NCBI GenBank assembly: GCA_038321865.1
Contig: JBBQFH010000001.1
Coordinates: forward strand, 1 to 64,000
Origin: Gemmatimonadales bacterium
GTDB taxonomy: Bacteria > Gemmatimonadota > Gemmatimonadetes > Gemmatimonadales > GWC2-71-9
Direction: 5' to 3'
Length of the DNA stretch: 64,000 bases
The translations under genes and the position numbers were made by a program. Below are positions 18,678 through 30,024 of this stretch, in pieces (the first letter of the stretch is position 1; each line of letters opens with the position of its first letter). The notes below the pieces were generated by a model. The model worked only from the letters and a program-made list of their open reading frames with translations. It made no database searches and had not been told where the DNA came from.

Positions 18678-19634
18678 TCAGCGTCCGACATCCCCGCGGT
18701 CCACGCGGGCGGCCTGCCGCATGAACTCGCGCTGTTCCTCGCGCATCCCCGCCACCAGCTCGCCCACGAAACCGAAGCCGAAGAGGGAGATGCCGGAGAT
18801 CACCATGACCTCGACGAGATTCAGCAGCGGGCGGAAGCCACTGTTGAATCCGAATCGCAACACCAGCGCGACCAGGCCCGCGAGCAGGCCGGTCGCGAAC
18901 AGAATGCCACCGGCCACTCCGAAGAACAGCATCGGCTTCCGGCCGAACCGCAGGAGAAACCAGACTGAAAGCAGATCGAACACGCCGACCGGAATGCGCC
19001 GCCAGGTGAACTTCGATTCCCCAGCCCGGCGGGGGTAGAGCGGGACCGGCTGTGACGCCAGGCGGTACCCATCGGCGGCGGCCACCACCACCATGAACCG
19101 ATGCCAATCCGGTCGCATCGGGACCCCGTCCATCACTTCGCGCCGATACGCCTTCACCGAATTGAGATCGGTCACGCGCACCCCAAACAGCCAGCGGCAG
19201 AGGCCGTTGTACACGCCGGAGACGAACGCCTTCTCGTACTTGCCCTGCTTGGTTCCCGTGACGATATCCGCGCGCCCTTCGAGAATCGGACGCACCAGCG
19301 AGGGGATGTCAGCCGGCAGATACTGAAGGTCGGCCGGGTAGAAGACATACACGTCACCCCGGGCCGCGTCGCCTCCCGATCGGAGCGCCTCGGCAATGCC
19401 GGCCTGGCGCCGGTGGCGCACTGACCTGAGGAACGGATAAAGGACGGCGAGCTCGGCGAGCACCGCCGGGGTGTCGTCACGCGATCCATCATCCACGATG
19501 ATGACTTCGAAACTGAAGCCCGCCGGCGTCAGCGACTCATCGCAAAGCCGGACGAACTCGGGCAGGTTGGCGGCTTCGTCCTTGGCGGGCACGAGTACGC
19601 TGACGTCCACCGCAGACGCGGCGGGCAGGGTCAT
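18678..19634 (-). CDS. GT2 polyprenyl-phosphate glycosyltransferase (ArnC/GtrB-like) with two C-terminal TM helices
   Basis: VLVPAKDE, VDDGSRD, YPADLQY and a hydrophobic C-terminal hairpin. Confidence 0.88.
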   Translation of the reverse strand: MTLPAASAVDVSVLVPAKDEAANLPEFVRLCDESLTPAGFSFEVIIVDDGSRDDTPAVLAELAVLYPFLRSVRHRRQAGIAEALRSGGDAARGDVYVFYPADLQYLPADIPSLVRPILEGRADIVTGTKQGKYEKAFVSGVYNGLCRWLFGVRVTDLNSVKAYRREVMDGVPMRPDWHRFMVVVAAADGYRLASQPVPLYPRRAGESKFTWRRIPVGVFDLLSVWFLLRFGRKPMLFFGVAGGILFATGLLAGLVALVLRFGFNSGFRPLLNLVEVMVISGISLFGFGFVGELVAGMREEQREFMRQAARVDRGDVGR

Positions 19635-21112
19635 ACGCGCTTCCGCATGCGTGCCGGGAGGATACCGAGCTGGTCGCGGTACTTGGCAACGGTGCGCCGG
19701 GCGATCTGAATCCCCTGCTCCTGGAACAGGTGCACGATCTGCTGGTCGGTGAGGGGTTTTCCGGTGTTCTCCTCGCCCACCATCTTCTCCAGCTTGGCCC
19801 GGATCGACCGCGCACTCGCATCCTCTCCCGAGGAGGTGGACAAGGCGCTGGAGAAGAAGAACTTCAGCGGCAGCACGCCCCTGGGGGTCTGCACGAACTT
19901 CTCGTTGGTCACCCGGCTCACGGTGGACTCGTGCATGTTGATCACCTCGGCGACTTCCCGCAGCGTGAGCGGCCGGAGATATTCGATGCCCTTCTCGAAG
20001 AAGTCCCGCTGCCGGTCCACGATGAAGTTCATGACCTTGAGCATCGTCTGCCGACGCTGCTCGATCGCCTGGATCATCCAGTTGGCGCTGTTCATTTTCG
20101 AGGCGATGAACTCGCGATTCTCCGGCGTCATTTTTTTCTTGTCGCGCGCGACTTCCTGATACGACCGGCTCAGCCGGAGCCGCGGCATGCCCGTGTCGTT
20201 CAGGAAGACATGATACCGCCCGTCGATCTTGTCCACGATCAGGTCGGGAATGATGTACCCGTCACCCCGGTTGGAGTGCTTGAGGCCAGGCTTGGGATCG
20301 AAGCGGGCCAGTTCGTCGGCCGCCGCCTGCATCTTGGCCGGCTCGACTCCGAAGCGCTTGGCCAGGTCGTTCCAGCGGTGCGCGATCAGATCGTTGAACG
20401 CCTCCGAGACGAGGCGGTAGGTCAGCGACGTCGAATCCTTCTGGTCAGCCAGCTGCAGGAGGAGGCACTCACGCAGGTCACGCGCGCCCACGCCGGCCGG
20501 GTCGAGGTGCTGGATGATGCCGAGCATCTCCTCGACGTCGGCCATCGTGTACAGGGCCGCGTCCGGAATCTGCCGGCTCTCCTCGCTGTCGTCGTCGTCC
20601 GGAACGTCCTCGGCGAAGTGGCCGGAGACCAGCTGGTTGACGGAGCCGAGGATCTCCTCGAGCGACGCGCCGAGATAGCCGTCATCCATGATGTTGCCCA
20701 GAAACTCCTCGCTCAGCAGCCGCTGGCGCGGTGTCAGGGTGAGGAGCTGCAGCTGCTCGCGCAGGTGATCGGAAAGATCCTTCACCTCGACCGAGACCGG
20801 CTCAATGTATTCCTGCTGCTCGAACTGTTCGCGGGTGCCGCCGACTTCAAAGCCGTTGAGCAGGATCTCTTCCCAGTCGACCTCGTCCTCTTTTTCCGCC
20901 TTCTCCTTTTCCTGCTCGCTCGTCTTTTCTTCCGGTGTTTCCTCCTCTTCCGGCTCGAGCAGCTCAAGGAACGGGTTGGCCAGCAGCTCCTGCTTCAGAT
21001 GCTGCTGCAGATCCATCATGGGCATGTAGAGCATGTCCATGGCCTGATAGAGCCGCGGATTGATCCGCAGCTCCTGCCGAAGCCCCGTGTGCTGCGAAAG
21101 ACCGGTTTTCAC
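19631..21112 (-). CDS. rpoN: RNA polymerase sigma-54 factor
   Basis: GVGARDLRECLLLQ, HESTVSR and the RpoN box ARRTVAKYR. Confidence 0.97.
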   Translation of the reverse strand: MKTGLSQHTGLRQELRINPRLYQAMDMLYMPMMDLQQHLKQELLANPFLELLEPEEEETPEEKTSEQEKEKAEKEDEVDWEEILLNGFEVGGTREQFEQQEYIEPVSVEVKDLSDHLREQLQLLTLTPRQRLLSEEFLGNIMDDGYLGASLEEILGSVNQLVSGHFAEDVPDDDDSEESRQIPDAALYTMADVEEMLGIIQHLDPAGVGARDLRECLLLQLADQKDSTSLTYRLVSEAFNDLIAHRWNDLAKRFGVEPAKMQAAADELARFDPKPGLKHSNRGDGYIIPDLIVDKIDGRYHVFLNDTGMPRLRLSRSYQEVARDKKKMTPENREFIASKMNSANWMIQAIEQRRQTMLKVMNFIVDRQRDFFEKGIEYLRPLTLREVAEVINMHESTVSRVTNEKFVQTPRGVLPLKFFFSSALSTSSGEDASARSIRAKLEKMVGEENTGKPLTDQQIVHLFQEQGIQIARRTVAKYRDQLGILPARMRKRV

Positions 21113-22266
21113 GCGACTGCCTCGAGTCGCGACCGCAGTCGCGTCGTGAGGGTTGGGCCGAGGTACAGCTGCGCGACCCGGTCGTTGTACACCAGGTCAC
21201 GTACGCTGCCCGAGGCCTGCACTTTGCCTTCGAACATGATGTAGGCTCGATCCACGATATCCAGCGTCTGCTCGACATTATGGTCGGTGATCAGGACGCC
21301 GATGCCGCGGTGACGCAGCCCGGCGACGATGGTCTGAATGTCATGCACCGCGATCGGGTCCACCCCCGCGAACGGCTCATCCAGCAGCATGAACCGCGGC
21401 TCGGTGACGAGCGCACGGGTGATCTCCAGCCGCCGCCGTTCCCCGCCGCTCAACGCGTATGCCCGGCTCTTGCGCAGGTGGCGGATGGACAGCTCGTCCA
21501 ACATCCGCTCGAGCTCGCGATCCCGCTCCCTGGCCGGCAGTTTCCGCGTCTCCAAGATCGCGAGGATGTTCTCCTCGACCGTCATCCGCCGGAAAATCGA
21601 AGGCTCCTGGGCCAGGTAGCCGATCCCGCGGCGGGCGCGCACGTACATCGGCAGGCCGGAGAGGTCCTCCCCGTCGAGCAGCACCCGCCCGGCATTGGGC
21701 CGGATCAGTCCGGTAATGAGGTAGAACGTGGTCGTCTTCCCGGCGCCGTTCGGCCCCAGCAGCCCCACGATCTCGCCCTGCTCGACCCGGACGCTGACGT
21801 CGTCCACAACGCGGCGGCCGCGGAAGCTCTTGCGCAGGCCGTCACCCTCAAGCACGCTCCGAGGTCCTGTCGGTGCCCGCCGCACCGGAGTCTGCAGGTT
21901 GTGCCGTGCGACCGCAATCAACGCCTCGAACGACTCGACCCGGTTCCCCGCCGCCGCCGGCCACCAGTCACCCTGGGCCTGGATCGCTTCCCAGCCAATG
22001 CTGCTGGTGTCGTCGATCCACCCCTCGCTGGCCAGGCGCGGCAACAGCGACGCGCCGAGGTGGGTGCGGACTTCATCTTCCGAGAGCGTGGGCTCCTTGC
22101 CCCTGAGGGCGTCGCGGTAGCAGATCATGAACGTTTCACGATACGCCATGAGCAGCTCTGGCAGGCCCAGGGCACCCCACTGTCCGGCGGCGCGCACGAT
22201 CGCCGCGAGGGTGAGCGGAACCGATGGATCGCGCCGGGTGACGGCGCCGAGCCATTCGCCGCTCAT
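21109..22266 (-). CDS. lptB: LPS export ABC ATPase LptB with an N-terminal extension of about 135 aa
   Basis: GPNGAGKTT, GIGYLAQEPSIFR, LSGGERRRLEI, DEPFAGVDP and ITDHNV. Confidence 0.93.
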   Translation of the reverse strand: MSGEWLGAVTRRDPSVPLTLAAIVRAAGQWGALGLPELLMAYRETFMICYRDALRGKEPTLSEDEVRTHLGASLLPRLASEGWIDDTSSIGWEAIQAQGDWWPAAAGNRVESFEALIAVARHNLQTPVRRAPTGPRSVLEGDGLRKSFRGRRVVDDVSVRVEQGEIVGLLGPNGAGKTTTFYLITGLIRPNAGRVLLDGEDLSGLPMYVRARRGIGYLAQEPSIFRRMTVEENILAILETRKLPARERDRELERMLDELSIRHLRKSRAYALSGGERRRLEITRALVTEPRFMLLDEPFAGVDPIAVHDIQTIVAGLRHRGIGVLITDHNVEQTLDIVDRAYIMFEGKVQASGSVRDLVYNDRVAQLYLGPTLTTRLRSRLEAVA

Positions 22267-23578
22267 CGCCGCGCCGGAATCGGTGTCGTCCGCGGCGCGG
22301 TGCTGGCCGTCTGCGGCTCGATCTGGACCCCGTCGGCATGCCCGCGGACGTCGACTCGCTCCACCGCTTCGGCGCCGGACTTCTTCATGGTCATCGTGAT
22401 GGCGTCGCCGCGAACGTAGCTGAGTGACGGCGCCCGGCCGGGCTTGTCACTCCGCTCCTGGTGCAGCGACCGCGCCGAATGCCGGGCCCGGACCACGTCG
22501 AGCGCGGTCCGTGTCGTGCCGGACGAGTCGCGCTGCACGAACGCCGCGACGATCGTATCGGCCTCGAGCCAATCCCGGTTGCGCGTGACCGAATCCACGG
22601 CGCCTCCAACCCAGCCGCGTCCGAAGACCCGGGCCTCCGTCAACAGCTGCTTCGGCGTGTCGAAGGCGAGCGAGTCGCCCCGGACTTCGTAGCGCTTGCC
22701 CGTTGCCACCGGCCGGGTGGTCCGGCCCCAGGCGAACATCTGCTCGACCTTGTGCTGCTCAACCGCGACGCGGATCGTATCGGCGACCAGATCCCACTCC
22801 CCCTTGATCGCGTGGGCGTGCTCCTCGGCGCGAACGGAGCGCACCTGGCGTCCGGCCAGCTGGAAATCGATGCGGGTACCGCTGACGCTGAAGCTGTCGG
22901 CTCCGAGCCCGCGAAAAACCGGCCGGCCCACCAGCGTGCCGTCGTTCGCCTTCCCGGTATCGAGACGAATGGAATCCGACCGGGCCGCGATGTCGCTGCG
23001 GTCGATGGTGACGCGGCCGCCACCCCATACGCGGTCCTCGCCGAGCGCATGCAGCCGGTCCGCGACGATGACGTAGGGCTCCCGCTTCTCGCCGGCCGAG
23101 TCGCGCGCGAAGTAATCCACGTGCGGACGGCCGGAGGCAAGCACTTCGAAGGTATCGCGCACGCCGCTCACGCGTCGGAGATAATCCACCGACGGACCAC
23201 GGATGGTCGAGCCGCTCGTGAGGCTCCGCGACACCACGTTTCCACGCGCTTCCCAGCGTTCGGCCACCTTGCGGTATGTGACGCGATCGGCGTCCACGCT
23301 CACGGTGGAGTCGCGATACCGCATGCGGCCGATGAACTCCACGTCACCAGAGGCATACGCGACGACGCTATCGCTCGCCATCGTGACGTTCTGGCCCAGA
23401 CACTTGAGCCGCACCCCGCCGCCGGCGAAATAGCTGGTGCTGCCAGCCGCGTCCACCCGGCGCCCCGTGTCCCCGACGGAGATGATCTGGACTCGGCAGG
23501 GTTGCGCGTCGGGAGTCTGACCCGAGAGGGCACACGGCAGGAACACGCCTGCCGCGGCGAGGAGGGCCCGGCGACTCC

Positions 23579-23582
<4 letters not shown>
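22263..23582 (-). CDS. Long OstA/LptA-like periplasmic beta-jellyroll protein
   Basis: Signal peptide, repeated beta-strand pattern, and position between lptC and lptB. Confidence 0.7.
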
Positions 23583-25896
<2,314 letters not shown>

Positions 25897-25924
25897 TCAA
25901 CCGCGTTGGGCACTCGCATCACCC

Positions 25925-25953
25925 AACGTAATCAGGGACGCCCACCGTGTCAA
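25925..25953 (-). promoter_or_regulatory. Sigma70 promoter of the pyrG-lpt-rpoN operon
   Basis: Minus strand TTGACA-N17-TACGTT. Confidence 0.7.
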
Positions 25954-25991
25954 AAGTCATGCCGGAGGGATTGACAGGACTGGGCGATGTG

Positions 25992-26585
25992 CTAAGCCGC
26001 TTCCCGCAAAGATGTTACAAGAAACGCCCGAAGCAGGTGCCTGCCCTGCTCCGTGCCGATGGACTCGGGATGGAACTGGACGCCATGTACGGGCATTGAC
26101 CGATGCCTGAGGCCCATGATCTCCGCGCCCGCGGCGCGGTCAGCGGACCAGGCGACGACCTCCAGCTCCGCCGGAAGCGCCTCGGCCGACACCAGGAGCG
26201 AATGGTAGCGCATGGCGGCGAACGGTGACGCGATCCCGCTGAAGATCCCGGCGCCCGAATGGGCGATGAGCCCGGGCTTGCCATGCATGAGGCGGTCAGC
26301 CGCCACGATCCGGGCGCCGAACGCCGCGCCGATCGCCTGATGGCCGAGGCAGACGCCGAGGATCGGGATTTGGCCGGCGGCGGCCCGGATGAGCTCGACG
26401 CAGATACCCGCCCCGGCCGGTGCGCCCGGTCCCGGTGATATGATGATGGCACCCGGGCGCAGGGCCAGGGCGTCGGCGACGGTGATCGCATCGTTCCTGA
26501 CCACCAGCGGCGGGTACCCCAGCTCGCCGGCGTACTGGGCGAGGTTGTAGGTAAAGCTGTCGTAGTTGTCGACGAGGAGCAGCAC
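25992..26585 (-). CDS. Anthranilate/aminodeoxychorismate synthase component II (glutamine amidotransferase)
   Basis: DNYDSFTYNL, ISPGPG, GVCLGHQ, RYHSL and QFHPES. Cannot distinguish trpG from pabA. Confidence 0.92.
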   Translation of the reverse strand: MLLLVDNYDSFTYNLAQYAGELGYPPLVVRNDAITVADALALRPGAIIISPGPGAPAGAGICVELIRAAAGQIPILGVCLGHQAIGAAFGARIVAADRLMHGKPGLIAHSGAGIFSGIASPFAAMRYHSLLVSAEALPAELEVVAWSADRAAGAEIMGLRHRSMPVHGVQFHPESIGTEQGRHLLRAFLVTSLREAA

Positions 26586-26588
26586 AGC

Positions 26589-27257
26589 TCAACGGCCCGG
26601 GGCTGCCCGCCGGATTGAATCAGCTCGCTGATGCCAGACCCGCCGGACCGAGTCCGCAGTCTGTGCGCCGGCCTGTCGCACCTGCTCCTGGCGTCCGGAG
26701 GCGTTATTGACGGCGGTGTCTACCGCGGCCAGAATCGAATCCGCGAGCCGGTCGCCCCGAGATTCCGTGGTGTCGGCCGCGGCATCATGATCCTTCGTCA
26801 TATCTTCGACTGCCTGGCGCGGCAGCAGCAAGGGAAAGCTGTCCGACCGGCCGCGGAGCGCCACCGTGCCGAACGGCACCAGCGACTTGCCCGCGGTATC
26901 GCCCGCAGCCGCGCAGCGGAAGGAGGTGTGCTCGTTGACATGTTCGAGACTTTCGACGACGAGGATGCACCGGGACAGGCGTTCGCTGGTCACCGAATCC
27001 GGCAGCTGCACGGAGACCGAGAGATGCGACGGCTTCTGTGCGGCGGACCGGAAGATGGTCAGCCGTCGCACCGACCCGAGGCGCACCCCATCAAGGTTGA
27101 ACGGAACGAACGACGGCAGGGGAATCGAAATGGGGCCGGTTCCGTCCACTACGTCGTGTACGACGGTGTGGCCCCGACGGACGGCGCTTACTCCCAGCAT
27201 TCCGATCACGAAGATGCCGAGCGCTCCCAGCAGGATCTTGATCCAGTAATTCCGCAT
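26589..27257 (-). CDS. Hypothetical membrane-anchored protein
   Basis: N-terminal TM segment (WIKILLGALGIFVIG), G-rich ribosome-binding region; no family recognised. Confidence 0.7.
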   Translation of the reverse strand: MRNYWIKILLGALGIFVIGMLGVSAVRRGHTVVHDVVDGTGPISIPLPSFVPFNLDGVRLGSVRRLTIFRSAAQKPSHLSVSVQLPDSVTSERLSRCILVVESLEHVNEHTSFRCAAAGDTAGKSLVPFGTVALRGRSDSFPLLLPRQAVEDMTKDHDAAADTTESRGDRLADSILAAVDTAVNNASGRQEQVRQAGAQTADSVRRVWHQRADSIRRAAPGR

Positions 27258-27298
27258 AGCCGCCCCCCGAAAAGGTCATGCCACATGTTTCAATGAGA

Positions 27299-27325
27299 GA
27301 CGTGCCTGACCGGGCGAAAGTTTCA
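27299..27325 (-). promoter_or_regulatory. Putative ECF-sigma promoter
   Basis: Minus strand TGAAAC-N17-CGTC about 40 nt upstream of the ATG at 27257. Confidence 0.5.
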
Positions 27326-27416
27326 GCCGGGACCCGTTTCGGATCCACGTTAAGTTATCAGACTTACGTCCCAGCCGCTAAAGGGGTTAGGTCATGACGA
27401 GCCAGGGAGAGCGGGA

Positions 27417-28145
27417 GTGATCGAGGTTTTGGCGCTGACGAAGCTGTACGGGGGATTCGAGGCGGTGCGGGACCTGACCTTCACCGTCGCGGATGGCGAA
27501 GTGCTGGGGGTCGTCGGTCCCAACGGCGCCGGGAAGACCACGACCATCCGCACTATCGCGGGGATCATCGCCCCGACGAGCGGGACCATTCGTGTCTCGG
27601 GCTACGACATTCAGACCGAGTCGGTGGCGGCGAAGTCCGGTCTCGCCTTTCTCCCCGATGAGCCGCATCTCTTCGAATACCTGACGGTGGAGGAACATCT
27701 GTTGTTCGTGGGACGCCTGTATGGGGTGGCCGACACCCGGGAACGGATCGGACCGCTGCTGGCGGAGCTCGAACTGGATGCGAAGCGGCGGGCACTGCCG
27801 GGAGAGCTTTCGCGCGGCATGAAGCAGAAGCTGGCGATTGCCTGCGGGCTCCTTCACCGGCCGACGGCGCTGCTCTTCGACGAGCCGCTGACCGGCTTGG
27901 ATCCGGTGGGCATCCGCCGCATGAAGGAAACGATCACCCGACGCGCCTCGGAAGGCGCCGCCGTGCTACTCAGCTCGCATCTGTTGCATCTCGTCGAGGA
28001 AATCTGCACGCGTGTGCTCGTCATGCAGCGCGGCCATCTGATCGCGCTCGGTACGGTCACCGAGATTGTGGACGCGCGACCGGAGTTGGCGGGGCTGTCG
28101 CTCGAGAACCTGTTCCTCACGCTGGTGGGGGGGCACGCGACCTGA
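27417..28145 (+). CDS. ABC transporter ATP-binding protein
   Basis: GPNGAGKTT, LSRGMKQK, FDEPLTGLD and SSH. Confidence 0.95.
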   Translation: MIEVLALTKLYGGFEAVRDLTFTVADGEVLGVVGPNGAGKTTTIRTIAGIIAPTSGTIRVSGYDIQTESVAAKSGLAFLPDEPHLFEYLTVEEHLLFVGRLYGVADTRERIGPLLAELELDAKRRALPGELSRGMKQKLAIACGLLHRPTALLFDEPLTGLDPVGIRRMKETITRRASEGAAVLLSSHLLHLVEEICTRVLVMQRGHLIALGTVTEIVDARPELAGLSLENLFLTLVGGHAT

Positions 28146-29863
28146 TCGACGCACTGCTGTATCTGACGAAGCGAACGCTGGTCAACCGGGTCCGGGCGCA
28201 CGCCCTCCGGCTCAGAACGCCACGCTACGCGGTGACTCTCGGGTTCGGGCTGCTGCTGCTGTGGACGTTCGTCGGGCACCGGCGCGGCCCGGTGCCCGAC
28301 TCTGGCGCGGGCCTGGCCCACTATCGTGAGCTGCTGACCGCGGCAGGTGCCGCCTGGGCGCTCGCATGGACGTGGATCTTCGGGGCTGAGCGCGCCGCGT
28401 TGGCGTTTTCGCCGGCCGAGGTTGCCTTCCTGCTTCCCGCACCGATCCGCCGGCGGTCACTGATCCAGTTCAAGCTCCTTCATGCGCAGGGGCGGATTCT
28501 GGGAAATACGCTGCTGTGGACCCTGCTGCTTTCGGCAAACAGCTTCGGTGCGCACGCCTGGATGCGTGCCGTGGCCGCCTGGGTGCTGCTGTCCACACTC
28601 AGTCTCCACCGGCTCGGCGCTTCATTCGTGCGGCACTCGCTGTGGGAGCACGGCGCGGCGGGATTCCGCCGTCGAATCCCGACGCTGATCGTGCTCGCCG
28701 GTGTGGCGTCGCTCGTGATCGCCATTGCGGCGCAGGATCTGCCGGCCCTGGTGCAGGCGTCGCGAGGCGGCGGCCTCGCGCTGCTTGCCGCGCTGAATTC
28801 CGCCAGTGAGCGGCCGCTCCCGGCGCTGCTGTTGTTCCCGTTCCGGGTGCTCGTGCGCCCCATTGTCGCGCACGACATATCAAGCTGGGCTCGCGCGCTT
28901 GGCCCCGCGCTCCTGGTGCTGCTTGCCCACTTCGTGTGGGTGCTCCGGTCCGACACGGCGTTTGAAGAGGCGGCTGCCGAAGAGTCGTTCCGGCGCGCCA
29001 GTGCCGCGATGGGCGGTACCGCCGCGGCGCTCCCAGCCCCGGGCGCCCAGCTGTCGGGCCCGCCGTTTCTCCTCGCGGCAACGGGTTGGCCAGCGACGGC
29101 GATCTACTGGAAGAATCTGATCGCGGCCGCGCGGGCCAGGCGCATCCGCAACACAGTGCTCGCCGCCGGAGGCACCGCGGCATTGCTGGCGTTCCTCTCG
29201 ATACGACGGACCGGCCCCTTGCCCTCCATCATCGGGGCGCTGGCCGCGACATGGGCAGCGTTGTCCCTGGTGATGGGACCGCAATGGGTCCGCAATGACC
29301 TGAGGACCGACCTCGCTCGACTGGAGCTCCTGCGAAGCTATCCACTCCGCGGCGCAGCCATCGTCGCCGCAGAGACGGCCGCGGCAGCCACGGTGCTGAC
29401 GGCGGTGCAGGTCATGCTGATTGTCTTCGCCTATAGCGCGACACTGGGGGATCCGGGCATGGAGCTGACGCTGGCCGGCCGCACTGCCCTGCTCGCCGGG
29501 GCGGTGGTGGTGCTGCCATTCGTCAACTACGCCGGATTGCTGCTGCAGAACGGAGCGGCGCTGCTGTATCCGGCGTGGGTGCGGATCGGGCCCGGCCGGT
29601 CGACCGGCGTCGAGGGGCTCGGGCAGAACATGCTCGGCATGCTGGCCTATGCCGTCGCGCTGCTGGTGATGCTGCTGGTCCCTGGCGGGGCTGCGGTCGG
29701 CGTCTGGCTTGTGCTGCGCCCGATCGCCGCTGGCGCGGCAGTCGTGGCAGCGATCGGTGCGGGGGTCGGCCTGCTGGCGGTGGAAAGCTGGCTCCTGGTG
29801 CGGCCACTTGGGCGGGTCTTCGAGCGTATCGACATCACGGCGGCCGGAATCAGCCGGGACTGA
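28142..29863 (+). CDS. Putative ABC exporter permease (probable CTG start)
   Basis: Multi-TM protein with FSPAEVAFLLPAP and RNDLRTDL..LRSYPL. Frame is open back to a CTGA overlap with the ATPase stop. Confidence 0.8.
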   Translation: MIDALLYLTKRTLVNRVRAHALRLRTPRYAVTLGFGLLLLWTFVGHRRGPVPDSGAGLAHYRELLTAAGAAWALAWTWIFGAERAALAFSPAEVAFLLPAPIRRRSLIQFKLLHAQGRILGNTLLWTLLLSANSFGAHAWMRAVAAWVLLSTLSLHRLGASFVRHSLWEHGAAGFRRRIPTLIVLAGVASLVIAIAAQDLPALVQASRGGGLALLAALNSASERPLPALLLFPFRVLVRPIVAHDISSWARALGPALLVLLAHFVWVLRSDTAFEEAAAEESFRRASAAMGGTAAALPAPGAQLSGPPFLLAATGWPATAIYWKNLIAAARARRIRNTVLAAGGTAALLAFLSIRRTGPLPSIIGALAATWAALSLVMGPQWVRNDLRTDLARLELLRSYPLRGAAIVAAETAAAATVLTAVQVMLIVFAYSATLGDPGMELTLAGRTALLAGAVVVLPFVNYAGLLLQNGAALLYPAWVRIGPGRSTGVEGLGQNMLGMLAYAVALLVMLLVPGGAAVGVWLVLRPIAAGAAVVAAIGAGVGLLAVESWLLVRPLGRVFERIDITAAGISRD

Positions 29864-30021
29864 GCGTCACTGGTTTCCAGGTGGTACGCGACCAGCGCTC
29901 CTGTACTGCCGGCTCCCACGACTGCGACGTCGCATTCGAGGTTGCGATCGAGATCGGGATACGCCGGCGGCTGCTCGCCGTCCTCCAGCAGCCACACAGA
30001 AGTACCTGACGCAAGATCGAT
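29864..30021 (-). pseudogene. 5' remnant of an FAD-dependent oxidoreductase gene (DAO/PuuB-like)
   Basis: IDLASGTSVWLL...YPDLDRNLECDVAVVGAGSTGALVAYHL contains a Rossmann GxGxxG, then runs into the antisense of the permease gene. Confidence 0.75.
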
Positions 30022-30024
30022 GTG

